From Macrostomum hystrix (lineage: Eukaryota > Animalia > Platyhelminthes), in contig CATNEN010000003.1 of the NCBI GenBank assembly GCA_950097015.1, positions 1 through 64,000 of the forward strand: a stretch of 64,000 bases of DNA, written 5' to 3'. Under the pieces are notes generated by a model. It was not told where the DNA came from and did no database searches. It saw only the letters and a program-made list of their open reading frames with translations. Shown in pieces: positions 42,001-52,646 of the stretch. Position 1 is the first letter of the stretch; every line of letters begins with the position of its first letter. Position numbers and translations under genes: made by a program.

Positions 42001-45000
42001 CATAATGACATCTGCGGGAGCAGCTAGCTAAAACTTTTGCTCCGTTCATATCTTCCAGCTGACTGGGAGAGTGTATAAGCGCCAATTCCAATCAAGGAAA
42101 CAAAGTCTAGCCTCAGCGCCCCAACATAGTTCAGAAAAGCCATATAGCGCAATCAGTGCGAGAAGCACGCGCAAACCTGTTCTAGATCGCTACACGGAGC
42201 ATGATTGTTTTCTATGGTTGTTCCTTTATCAGCGTGCATCATTGCGCCTCTCAAAGTCAGGCATGCTAGCTGTAAGCTGCAATAGCAATCATTTGTTCTG
42301 ATATTGCTGCACAAGACATCTGTGGGAGCAGCAAGATAAAACTTTAGCCGCGTTCATATCTTCCTCTTGACTGGAGTAAGAGCACTTTCACTTAAGCAAA
42401 CTAGCTACAGCCTTGAGTGTCCTTTGCAAATGATTAAATAGCAGCATGTATCGATCTTTGCAAACAGCACGTGCAAAGCTGTTCTAGTGCACGTGCAAGA
42501 AGCTCAAGTTGTTCTTTTCCTTTTTTCATTTACGGCGTGATTTGCAAAAAGCTTGAGCCTAGTTCTAACATTGCAGCGTATTGACATCTGTAGGAGCAGC
42601 TAGCTGAAACTCTAGCTGCGTTTCTATATTCCTGCTGATTGAGAGTGTGTAAGCGCACGTTTTAATCAAGGAATTTAATTATTGCCCCAGCGCACATTTC
42701 ACAGACACAGTTCCTTAGTTCTGAAATAGCAGCATATATCGATCTGTGCGAGAAGCACGCGCAAACCTGTTCTAGATCGCTACACAGGAGCATGATTGTT
42801 TTCTATGGTTGTTCCTGTATCAGCGTGCATCATTGCGCCTCTCAAAGTCAGGCATGCTAGCTGTAAGCTGCAATAGCAATCATTGGTTCTGATATTGCTG
42901 CACAAGACATCTGTGGGAGAAGCTAGATAAAACTTTAGCCGCGTTCATATCTTCCTCTTGACTAGAGTAAGAGCACTTTCACTTAAGCAAACTAGCTACA
43001 GCCTTGAGTGTCCTTTGCAAATGATTAAATAGCAGCATGTATCGATCTCTGCAAACAGCACGTGCAAAGCTGTTCTAGTGCACGTGCAAGAAGCTTAAGT
43101 TGTTCTTTTCCTTTTTTCATTTACGGCGTGATTTGCAAAAAGCCTTGAGCCTAGTTCTAACATTGCAGCATATTGACATCTGTAGGAGCAGCTAAGCTGA
43201 AACTCTAGCTGCGTTTCTATATTCCTGCTGATTGAGAGTGTGTAAACGCACGTTTCAATCAAGGAATTTAATTATTGCTCCAGCGCCCAGTTCACAGACA
43301 CAGTTCCTTAGTTCTGAAATAGCAGCATATATCGATCTGTGCGAGAAGCACGCGCAAAGCTGTTCTAGATCGCTACACGGAGCATGATTGTTTTCTATGG
43401 TTGTTCCTGTATCAGCGTGCATCATTGCGCCTCTCAAAGTCAGGCATGCTAGCTGTAAGCTGCAATAGCAATCATTGGTTCTGATATTGCTGCACAAGAC
43501 ATCTGTGGGAGAAGCTAGATATAAACTTTAGCTGCGTTCATATCTTCCTCTTGACTAGAGTAAGAGCACTTTCACTTAAGCAAACTAGCTACAGCCTTGA
43601 GTTGTCCTTTGCAAATGATTAAATAGCAGCATGTATCGATCTCTGCAAACAGAACGTGCAAAGCTGTTCTAGTGCACGTGCAAGAAGCTCAAGTTGTTCT
43701 TTTCGCTTATTCATGTACGGCGTGTTTTGCAAAATCCTGAGACTAATTCCTAACATTGCAGCATAATGACATCTGCGGGAGCAGCTAGCTAAAACTTTTG
43801 CTCCGTTCATATCTTCCAGCTGACTGGGAGAGTGTATAAGCGCCAATTCCAATCAAGGAAACAAAGTCTAGCCTCAGCGCCCCAACATAGTTCAGAAAAG
43901 CCATATAGCGCGAATCAGTGCGAGAAGCACGCGCAAACCTGTTCTAGATCGCTTACACGGAGCATGATTGTTTTCTATGGTTGTTCCTTTATCAGCGTGC
44001 ATCATTGCGCCTCTCAAAGTCAGGCATGCTAGCTGTAAGCTGCAATAGCAATCATTTGTTCTGATATTGCTGCACAAGACATCTGTGGGAGCAGCTAGAT
44101 AAAACTTTAGCCGCGTTCATATCTTCCTCTTGACTGGAGTAAGAGCACTTTCACTTAAGCAAACTAGCTACAGCCTTGAGTGTCCTTTGCAAATGATTAA
44201 ATAGCAGCATGTATCGATCTTTGCAAACAGCACGTGCAAAGCTGTTCTAGTGCACGTGCAAGAAGCTCAAGTTGTTCTTTTCCTTTTTTCATTTACGGCG
44301 TGATTTGCAAAAAGCTTGAGCCTAGTTCTAACATTGCAGCGTATTGACATCTGTAGGAGCAGCTAGCTGAAACTCTAGCTGCGTTTCTATATTCCTGCTG
44401 ATTGAGAGTGTGTAAGCGCACGTTTTAATCAAGGAATTTAATTATTGCCCCAGCGCACATTTCACAGACACAGTTCCTTAGTTCTGAAATAGCAGCATAT
44501 ATCGATCTGTGCGAGAAGCACGCGCAAACCTGTTCTAGATCGCTACACGGAGCATGATTGTTTTCTATGGTTGTTCCTGTATCAGCGTGCATCATTGCGC
44601 CTCTCAAAGTCAGGCATGCTAGCTGTAAGCTGCAATAGTAATCACTGGTTCTGATATTGCCGCACAAGACATCTGTGCGAGCAGCTAGATAAAACTTTAC
44701 CCGCGTTCATATCTTCCTCTTGACTAGAGTAAGAGCACTTTCACTTAAGCAAACTAGCTACAGCCTTGAGTGTCCTTTGCAAATGATTAAATAGCAGCAT
44801 GTATCGATCTTTGCAAACAGCACGTGCAAAGCTGTTCTAGTGCACGTGCAAGAAGCTTAAGTTGTTCCTTTCCTTTTTTCATTTACGGCGTGATTTGCAA
44901 AAAGCTTGAGCCTAGTTCTAACATTGCAGCATATTGACATCTGTAGGAGCAGCAAGCTGAAACTCTAGCTGCGTTTCTATATTCCTGCTGATTGAGAGTG

Positions 45001-47666
45001 TGTAAACGCACGTTTCAATCAAGGAATTTAATTATTGCTCCAGCGCCCAGTTCACAGACACAGTTCCTTAGTTCTGAAATAGCAGCATATATCGATCTGT
45101 GCGAGAAGCACGCGCAAAGCTGTTCTAGATCGCTACACGGAGCATGATTGTTTTCTATGGTTGTTCCTGTATCAGCGTGCATCATTGCGCCTCTCAAAGT
45201 CAGGCATGCTAGCTGTAAGCTGCAATAGTAATCATTTGTTCTGATATTGCTGCACAAGACATCTGTGGGAGCAGCTAGATAAAACTTTAGCCGCGTTCAT
45301 ATCTTCCTCTTGACTAGAGTAAGAGCACTTTCACTTAAGCAAACTAGCTACAGCCTTGAGTGTCCCTTCAAAATGCTTAAATAGCAGCATGTATCGATCT
45401 TTGCAAACAGCACGTGCAAAGCTGTTCTAGTGCACGTGCAAGAAGCTCAAGTTGTTCTTTTCGCTTATTCATGTACGGCGTGATTTGCAAAAGCCTGAGA
45501 CTAATTCCAACATTACTGCATAATAACATCTGCGGGAGCAGCTAGCTAAAACTTTTGCTCCGTTCATATCTTCCAGCTGACTGGGAGAGTGTATAAGCGC
45601 CAATTCCAATCAAGGAAACAAAGTCTAGCCTCAGCGCCCCAACATAGTTCAGAAAAGCCATATAGCGGGATCAGTGCGAGAAGCACGCGCAAACCTGTTC
45701 TAGATCGCTACACGGAGCATGATTGTTTTCTATGGTTGTTCCTGTATCAGCGTGCATCATTGCGCCTCTCAAAGTCAGGCATGCTAGCTGTAAGCTGCAA
45801 TAGCAATCATTGGTTCTGATATTGCTGCACAAGACATCTGTGGGAGCAGCTAGATAAAACTTTAGCCGCGTTCATATCTTCCTCTTGACTAGAGTAAGAG
45901 CACTTTCACTTAGGCAAACTAGCTACAGCCTTGAGTGTCCTTTGCAAATGATTAAATAGCAGCATGTATCGATCTTTGCAAACAGCACGTGCAAAGCTGT
46001 TCTAGTGCACGTGCAAGAAGCTTAAGTTGTTCCTTTCCTTTTTTCATTTACGGCGTGATTTGCAAAAAGCTTGAGCCTAGTTCTAACATTGCAGCATATT
46101 GACATCTGTAGGAGCAGCAAGCTGAAACTCTAGCTGCGTTTCTATATTCCTGCTGATTGAGAGTGTGTAAACGCACGTTTCAATCATGGAATTTAATTAT
46201 TGCTCCAGCGCCCAGTTCACAGACACAGTTCCTTAGTTCTGAAATAGCAGCATATATCGATCTGTGCGAGAAGCACGCGCAAAGCTGTTCTAGATCGCTT
46301 CACGGAGCATGATTGTTTTCTATGGTTGTTCCTGTATCAGCGTGCATCATTGCGCCTCTCAAAGTCAGGCATGCTAGCTGTAAGCTGCAATAGTAATCAT
46401 TGGTTCTGATATTGCTGCACAAGACATCTGTGGGAGCAGCTAGATAAAACTTTAGCCGCGTTCATATCTTCCTCTTGACTAGAGTAAGAGCACTTTCACT
46501 TAAGCAAACTAGCTACAGCCTTGAGTGTCCTTTGCAAATGATTAAATAGCAGCATGTATCCATCTTTGCAAACAGCACGTGCAAAGCTGTTCTAGTGCAA
46601 GTGCAAGAAGCTCAAGTTGTTCTTTTCGCTTATTCATGTACGGCGTGATTTGCAAAAATCCTTGAGCCTAGTTCTAACATTGCAGCATATTGACATCTGT
46701 AGGGAGCAGCTAGCTGAAAACTCTAGCTGCGTTTCTATATTCCTGCTGATTGAGAGTGTGTAAACGCACGTTTCAATCAAGGAATTTAATTATTGCTCCA
46801 GCGCCCAGTTCACAGACACAGTTCCTTAGTTCTGAAATAGCAGCATATATCGATCTGTGCGAGAAGCACGCGCAAAGCTGTTCTAGATCGCTACACAGGA
46901 GCATGATTGTTTTCTATGGTTGTTCCTGTATCAGCGTGCATCATTGCGCCTCTCAAAGTCAGGCATGCTAGCTGTAAGCTGCAATAGTAATCATTGGTTC
47001 TGATATTGCTGCACAAGACATCTGTGGGAGCAGCTAGATAAAACTTTAGCCGCGTTCATATCTTCCTCTTGAATAGAGTAAGAGCACTTTCACTTAGGCA
47101 AACTAGCTACAGCCCTGAGTGTCCCTTCAAAATGCTTAAATAGCAGCATGTATCGATCTTTGCAAACAGCACGTGCAAAGCTGTTCTATTGCACGTGCAA
47201 GAAGCTAAAATTGTTCTTTTCGCTTTTTCATTTACGGCGTGATTTGCAAAAAGCTTGAGCCTAGTTCTAACATTGCAGCATATTGACATCTGTAGGAGCA
47301 GCTAGCTGAAACTCTAGCTGCGTTTCTATATTCCTGCTGATTGAGAGTGTGTAAACGCACGTTTCAATCAAGGAATTTAATTATTGCTCCAGCGCCCAGT
47401 TCACAGACACAGTTCCTTAGTTCTGAAATAGCAGCATATATCGATCTGTGCGAGAAGCACGCGCAAAGCTGTTCTAGATCGCTACACGGAGCATGATTGT
47501 TTTCTATGGTTGTTCCTGTATCAGCGTGCATCATTGCGCCTCTCAAAGTCAGGCATGCTAGCTGTAAGCTGCAATAGCAATCATTGGTTCTGATATTGCT
47601 GCACAAGACATCTGTGGGTGCAGCTAGTGTAAGAAGCTTAAGTTGTTCTTTTCGCTTTTTCATTTA
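1..47666 (+). repeat. Satellite DNA array, ~590-bp monomer (590/592 bp; 575-bp variant), 81 copies, open at the left window edge
   Basis: Near-identical unit (e.g. CAATCAAGGAA...GCGAGAAGCACGCGCAAA...GTCAGGCATGCTAGCTGTAAG) recurs every 590-592 bp. Spurious ORF anchors fall at 305, 895, 1486 ... 47364; I counted 81 copies. The array ends at ...TTTTTCATTTA, ~47666. Confidence 0.99.
9735..21525 (+). repeat. Higher-order repeat: tandem duplication of a 10-monomer, 5,895-bp block
   Basis: Diagnostic monomers recur at a constant 5,895 offset: 10355/16250, 10945/16840, 11537/17432, 12127/18022, 14477/20372, 15068/20963. They share private SNPs such as GTCACCGACA and AATCAAGTAAT. Boundaries are approximate. 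Confidence 0.92.
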
Positions 47667-48856
47667 AAATTTAGCGCGACAGTTTTTTTATATTTTCGTC
47701 TGAAAATTGTACCCTATTTTTGCCGATTTTGCCTTTTTCATGTACAAAGTACATCTAACCTGCACGTATCCACACCTGCAATACCTTGTTGCAAAGGGCA
47801 TCCAAGCACCTATACAATGACGCCATACTTGCTTCTTGATGTTGCTTTGTTCAAAAGTTGTGCGCCAAAACCTTCAAGGTAACATGTAAAAAATGGAAGG
47901 TTTTAGCAGCCTAGCTTACCACCAGGATGTCATGAAAACTTGATAATTTTCGGAAACGTTAATAAATATGTTGGCAACAATGACAAACAGGCGGCTAAGC
48001 AGCACCATAAAACGCACAATTGTTAGGGCTCCTTTTATGAGTCAAACAATGACCAAAAATGACCAAAAACACGTTTTTGAACGTTAAAGCCGGACATATT
48101 TAAAGCAGTACACTTAAAAAACTGAAATCAACGCAGCAATTTGGAGGACATCCAGTTGATTCTAAAAACACGCAAAACCAAGCAGAAAATGCATTGCTTC
48201 TTTACTTAGTAGGGCCTCAAAGTGCTCTTATACAAAATGCCCTTTTAATGTACACGTGTACTTTTGTACTAAAGGTGCATACCTGATAAAATACTAGTAT
48301 TCATTAGACAGCCCCAGATGTCCCGCAAACAGTTCAGAAGCCTTTGAGCTGCTTCCTGCCAAACGTTTGAAAAAATGCACTTTTTTGCACCTTAAAAAAC
48401 ACTTATTTCACCTTTTTATGTACAAAAGAGCAAATGCACTAAAAATCATTATCATATTATTGTAGCTTATAAATGCCCGCTTAAGCTCATATAGATCGTT
48501 AGACAGCACCATATACTCAATCCTTATTTTTTAAGAACACAATTTTCTAGCAACTCGAAAAAACGCACTTTTCCGTTGCCATGGCAACCAAACAACGCGT
48601 TCGTGACAAATAAGCATGCCTGGCCCGATAGCCCCAGGTGTTTTACACATTTTAGCGAAAACCGCATCCCTTTACAACACTTTATTCTTAAACGGTGGCA
48701 TTTACAATTCGAAAAACGTCGTTTTCAGTGTGTGCAGTTGCTACCCAATCTTATCATAGATGTTCTCGCATACGTACGAGTAAGTACCAACCAAGGGAAA
48801 GCCTCGCTTCGCTTCGGCTTCCCCTTGGTCCTTACTGGCTCACCCATCTCGCAACT
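47667..48856 (+). mobile_element. Putative non-autonomous Helitron/Helentron-like element abutting the array
   Basis: Contains diverged internal repeats (TTAGACAGC at ~48303 and ~48499), the palindrome GTTGCCATGGCAAC (~48575) and a 14-bp-stem hairpin at 48790-48829. These are followed by TACTGGCTCACCCATCTCGCAACT|AG, which gives a CTAG end once the MITE is removed. Confidence 0.4.
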
Positions 48857-49592
48857 GGTAGCACGACAATTGCCTGCGCACAACTGACTGCGCGACAACT
48901 GACTGCGCGACGACTGCCTGCGCGACAACTGCTTGCGCGACAACTGCCTGCGCGACAACTGCCTGCAGCGACAACTGCCTGTGAATTATAAGATTATAAG
49001 ATTATAAGATTATAAGAATTATAAGAAAAACGTACAAAGGCACAAAGGACAGACGATTAGTGAAACAAGTGAATTTTTAGTAGTTATTTACTCGTAAGAA
49101 GCACATCAACCTCACTACTATAACGGTTATGATGGAAAATAGCTAGGATTGGATTGCGTCCTTATTTATTATTAAGAACAAACTATTATTCAGTGTACAT
49201 TGGTACATGTATTATAATTTCCATTTCCATTCCATAAATAAGGACGCAATCCAATCAAACGTGCCTTTGTACGTTTGTAACATTTAAAAAGGAAGCAGCA
49301 ATAAATCAATGCCATAAAGTACCATAATACTTATAGAGAATTGGTATAATTCACTGCCACCTACATGTAAACGTCATTAACGAAATGCAGGCAGTTGTCG
49401 TGCAGACAATTGTCGCGCAGGCAGTCGTCGCCGCAGGCGGTTTTCGTGCAGGCAGTTGTCGCGCAGGCAGTTGTCGCGCAGGCAGTCGTCGCCGCAGGCA
49501 GTTTTCGCTGCAGGCAGTTGTCACTGCAGGCAGTTGTCGTGCAGGCAGTTGTCGCTGCAAGCAGTTGTCGTGCAGGCAATTGTCGTAGAACC
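48857..49592. mobile_element. Foldback MITE, Mutator (MULE)-like, with TIRs built of 15-16-bp tandem repeats
   Basis: Perfect 9-bp TSD CTCGCAACT at 48848-48856 and 49593-49601. Termini are GG...CC. The left arm is (GCGACAACTGCCTGC)n and the right arm is its reverse complement. Confidence 0.9.
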
Positions 49593-49919
49593 CTCGCAAC
49601 TAGGCTAGTAATGAAGTCGGTGACTTATTACGGGATGAGTGAGCCGTGATGCATATCAAATACTGATAAAGACTTATTAAAGACTCTGACTGACCCCTGC
49701 CCTTCCGCGTTCTCTCTCTCCCAGACCCGCCATAAATCTCTTGGCGTTCAGTGATTTCTCAAACTTTCAATAAAGAGAGAGGGGCAGTGTCTTTAATCAT
49801 TCGTCCAACTTTCTTAATTATCAATGCCCGCTATATCAAAGTCTAAATTTCTATCGTCTGCAAAAGTACGGCCCATTTCAATAAGCCATATATTTTAACA
49901 ACGCAAAGGAAAGGGACCC

Positions 49920-50195
49920 TCTATGCACTGCTCTGCATGTGGAGAGAACTTAGGTAAGACTCTGAGCTGGGCCATGTACATTAAACAAAAGGGAGGGGCT
50001 GGCCCGCCCTCCTTCAAGCCATAGACACTCAGGCTGAGAGAACACCCCTCGATTTTTATCGATCGGGCGGCACAGCCTTGAGGCTTTATGTACATTCAAA
50101 CCACAATAGACAGAAATCTCGTCCCCACAAACAAACACTGACAAATGCATGGAGGGGCTGTAGCCCGTGTATTCTAAGTCAAGCTTCAACTAATG
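49920..50195 (+). pseudogene. Possible degraded C-terminal fragment of a P/THAP9-type transposase
   Basis: Translates HCSACGENL...YIKQKGG(frameshift)LARP, resembling the CxxC...KxxGGLxxPS motif of P-family transposase C-termini. It has stops and frameshifts and lies upstream of the terminus at 51333. Confidence 0.35.
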
Positions 50196-50294
50196 AAATT
50201 TCGGTTTCGATTTTTATGTGATGCAAAACAGTTGATCGCAAAAACAGGATGATCTTTCATTAATTACTGCTTACTTCATATTCATACTTCATCA

Positions 50295-51120
50295 GATAAT
50301 TAAACTTTCCAAGACTAAAGCACCATATTCATTTCAATGCTGGGCACACAATTTATATGCGAAACTTACATGCGATTACTTAACCATTTTAGCACATTTT
50401 TCACTCAAGGTTGAATTATTTGTGTGGATGAAAAAATCACGTTTTATAAATTAAAATCAATACTGTACATCTGAAATGTGATGCACAGCTTTATGTGACA
50501 TGTCATTGTCTTGGAAACATCTAGACGCATCTATTGAAACCATTTTCAATGACATTGGGGCAAAGAACAACATTTTATTAGAGTAAACTCGAAAATGCTG
50601 CTTCTCTTAAAAGTAATGCATCGTGTACTGACGCTCAATCAATGTTCACAGGCAGGTATGGATGCAGTCCTTTTGAAGAAGGCTCTAAATGCTATCCAAC
50701 GACACCAAACTTGATTCGAGAAATTGCACTACTAAAATCTTATGAGTAAATCTTATGAGAAATTGGCATAGGCCCCTGGTGTCAAAATTGCTGCAATGTG
50801 CCTTCCATTTCGAAAAATATAATTTTCCAACACTAATGCAGCTGCTCATCCGATGCAGCATAGTATTGGGTACATTTCGTCTCTGTACATAAAAAAATTC
50901 GCAAGACTGTTTTTACAAAATTTACCTTTAAAGTTCGAAAATTTGCATGATTTATTCATTTTCTACGTAAACAACACGTTTTCCAACTGCAAATCAAGAT
51001 TTAGCATCTTGAATGTGACGCTGACTCTAAGTTGACATGTCATTCTCTTTCAAACATCCACATGCGTCTATTGACACCATTTTGAGCTCAATGCGACAAA
51101 GTGCACTATCGTAGAGGCAG
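50295..51120 (+). repeat. Two diverged direct copies of a ~520-540-bp-period unit
   Basis: Matching blocks: TTTCCAAGACTAAAGCA (~50306) with TTTCCAACACTAATGCA (~50824), and TGACATGTCATT...AAACATC...TCTATTGA.ACCATTTT (~50496) with its copy at ~51033. Confidence 0.7.
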
Positions 51121-51306
51121 AAATGGCAAACTTTTTCTCTCACACGTACACCTGTACAGGTACATGTTTTAGTACAGATTCAGCAACGCTAAGCGCAACA
51201 CCAAGGGATGCAGCAATCAAAACTTATGACTGATACCGTTTTGCATGTTTTAGCTCCCCGGGGAGTAGTGTCTATGGCTTTATATTTCGGCTTTAGATTT
51301 GGAAGC

Positions 51307-51333
51307 TGATTGAGCATTCTGGTGTATTCTGTG
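51307..51333 (+). mobile_element. P-superfamily transposon terminus, copy 1 (27 bp), followed by inverted TSD ATTTGAAG (51334-51341)
   Basis: TGATTGAGCATTCTGGTGTATTCTGTG is identical to 53945-53971. Read inward from the end it begins CACAG. Confidence 0.85.
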
Positions 51334-52045
51334 ATTTGAAGCTTCTTGTACGCGCTGTAGAACAGCTTTGCGTGATTGCGATTCTCGCAATCATCTATAT
51401 ATGCTGCTATTCTGCATTTTATAAGGGCGCTTAGGGCTCTAGCTATTTTCTCTTATTAAAAGTGCGTTTACTCGTAGTCTGCAGGAAGATATGAAAGCAG
51501 CTAAAGTTTCAGCTGGCTGCACCCACGGATGTCATTGTGCTGCATATCAGAACGAATACATGCTTTTGCAGCTTATAGCTAGCATGCCTGACATTGAAAA
51601 GCGCTTTGATTCACGCTCACACAGGAACAACCGTAAAAAGCAATCATGCTCCTTGTAGTGTTACGAGCGTATGGAACAGCGGCGCGCGTGCTTCTCGCTT
51701 TATTATCTCACTTCTCGATTTATGCTGCTATTTCAGAACTAAGGAACTGTGTCTGTAAACTGTGCTAAAACCCAGTTTTATTAATTTCCTTGATTGAAAC
51801 GTTTACACACTCTCAATCAGCAGGAAGATAGAAACACAGCTAAAGTTTCAGCTAGCTGCTCCTACAGATGTTATTATGCTGCAATATTATAGAACTAAGT
51901 GCAGTCTTTTGCAAAATACGCCGTTCAAAAACAGAGCGTAAAGAACAATAAAATTATAATTTAAATTAAAATTTAATATGCTGCACAGTTCGATATATGC
52001 TGCTATTTCAGCATTTTGTAAGGGCACTTTGGGCTCTAGCTAGTT
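51334..52045 (-). repeat. Diverged relic of the satellite, inverted relative to the main array (~2.3 half-monomers)
   Basis: The reverse complement contains CAGACACAGTTCCTTAGTTCTGAAATAGCAGCAT, CATCTGTAGGAGCAGCTAGCTGAAACT and GTCAGGCATGCTAGCT, all satellite blocks. Confidence 0.95.
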
Positions 52046-52410
52046 GGGATGAGTGAGCCAGTATTCACCCTCTTCACCTCAGGGGGTCAAAAATTGGGAT
52101 TTTCGCATCCACCTTCGGGGCAAGTGGATGCTTAGAAAATTCAAAATATAAATTTTGTGCGCACATCTGTTGCGCTTCTAAAAACTAAAGCCGCATTCAA
52201 ATCGCACACCAAATACGTTCTGGCCATGCAGTTTTGTACCTCGAAAAATGACTAAAAATGACCAAAATCACGTTTCTGGGATTTAATTACCAACATCTTC
52301 GGTAAACAACATCCAATCAGTCTGAAACCAACATTGTCGTATAGGCGACACCCAAGAAAGTTGGTTGACATGTGTTGAAATGCACAATGCACAAGTTAAG
52401 TAGTACTAAA
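52041..52410 (-). mobile_element. Second Helitron-like end fragment related to 47667-48856
   Basis: CTAGTTGGGATGAGTGAGCCAGTA is the reverse complement of the motif at 48833-48856 and is followed by a small hairpin. AATGACTAAAAATGACCAAAATCACGTTT (~52247) matches ~48048. Confidence 0.35.
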
Positions 52411-52646
52411 ATTTGAGAAGTAATCACCCTTTTGTATGCCTATTCAAGTTGGAACTTTTTATGGACAGAGAGGCCGGATTGTATATTTGCAGCTGTAGCG
52501 ACAAAAAAAATGCAGATATTATTTGTGAGCATTCAACGCAAACTAGAACAGTTAAGAAACAGCAGAATGAGCAGCAGTTTAAGCAATTGGGTACGTGATA
52601 TAGCTGTACATAAAATTTGAACATGAAATTTGCAAACTAGAACAGT

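Noticed and set aside
305-47663. More than 100 repeated 60-99-aa Cys-rich ORFs as a tandem gene family
   Set aside because: Mostly non-ATG starts, no recognisable domain, freely broken by indels and stops; they are by-products of the satellite.
1-47666. CRISPR array, or tandem 5S/tRNA/snRNA/SL gene cluster
   Set aside because: No unique spacers, and I could not recognise any structural RNA or Pol III box in the monomer. An Rfam scan would settle the RNA question.
48576-49649. ORFs with ARQLP/TTAC repeats
   Set aside because: Translations of the MITE's 15-bp tandem repeats.
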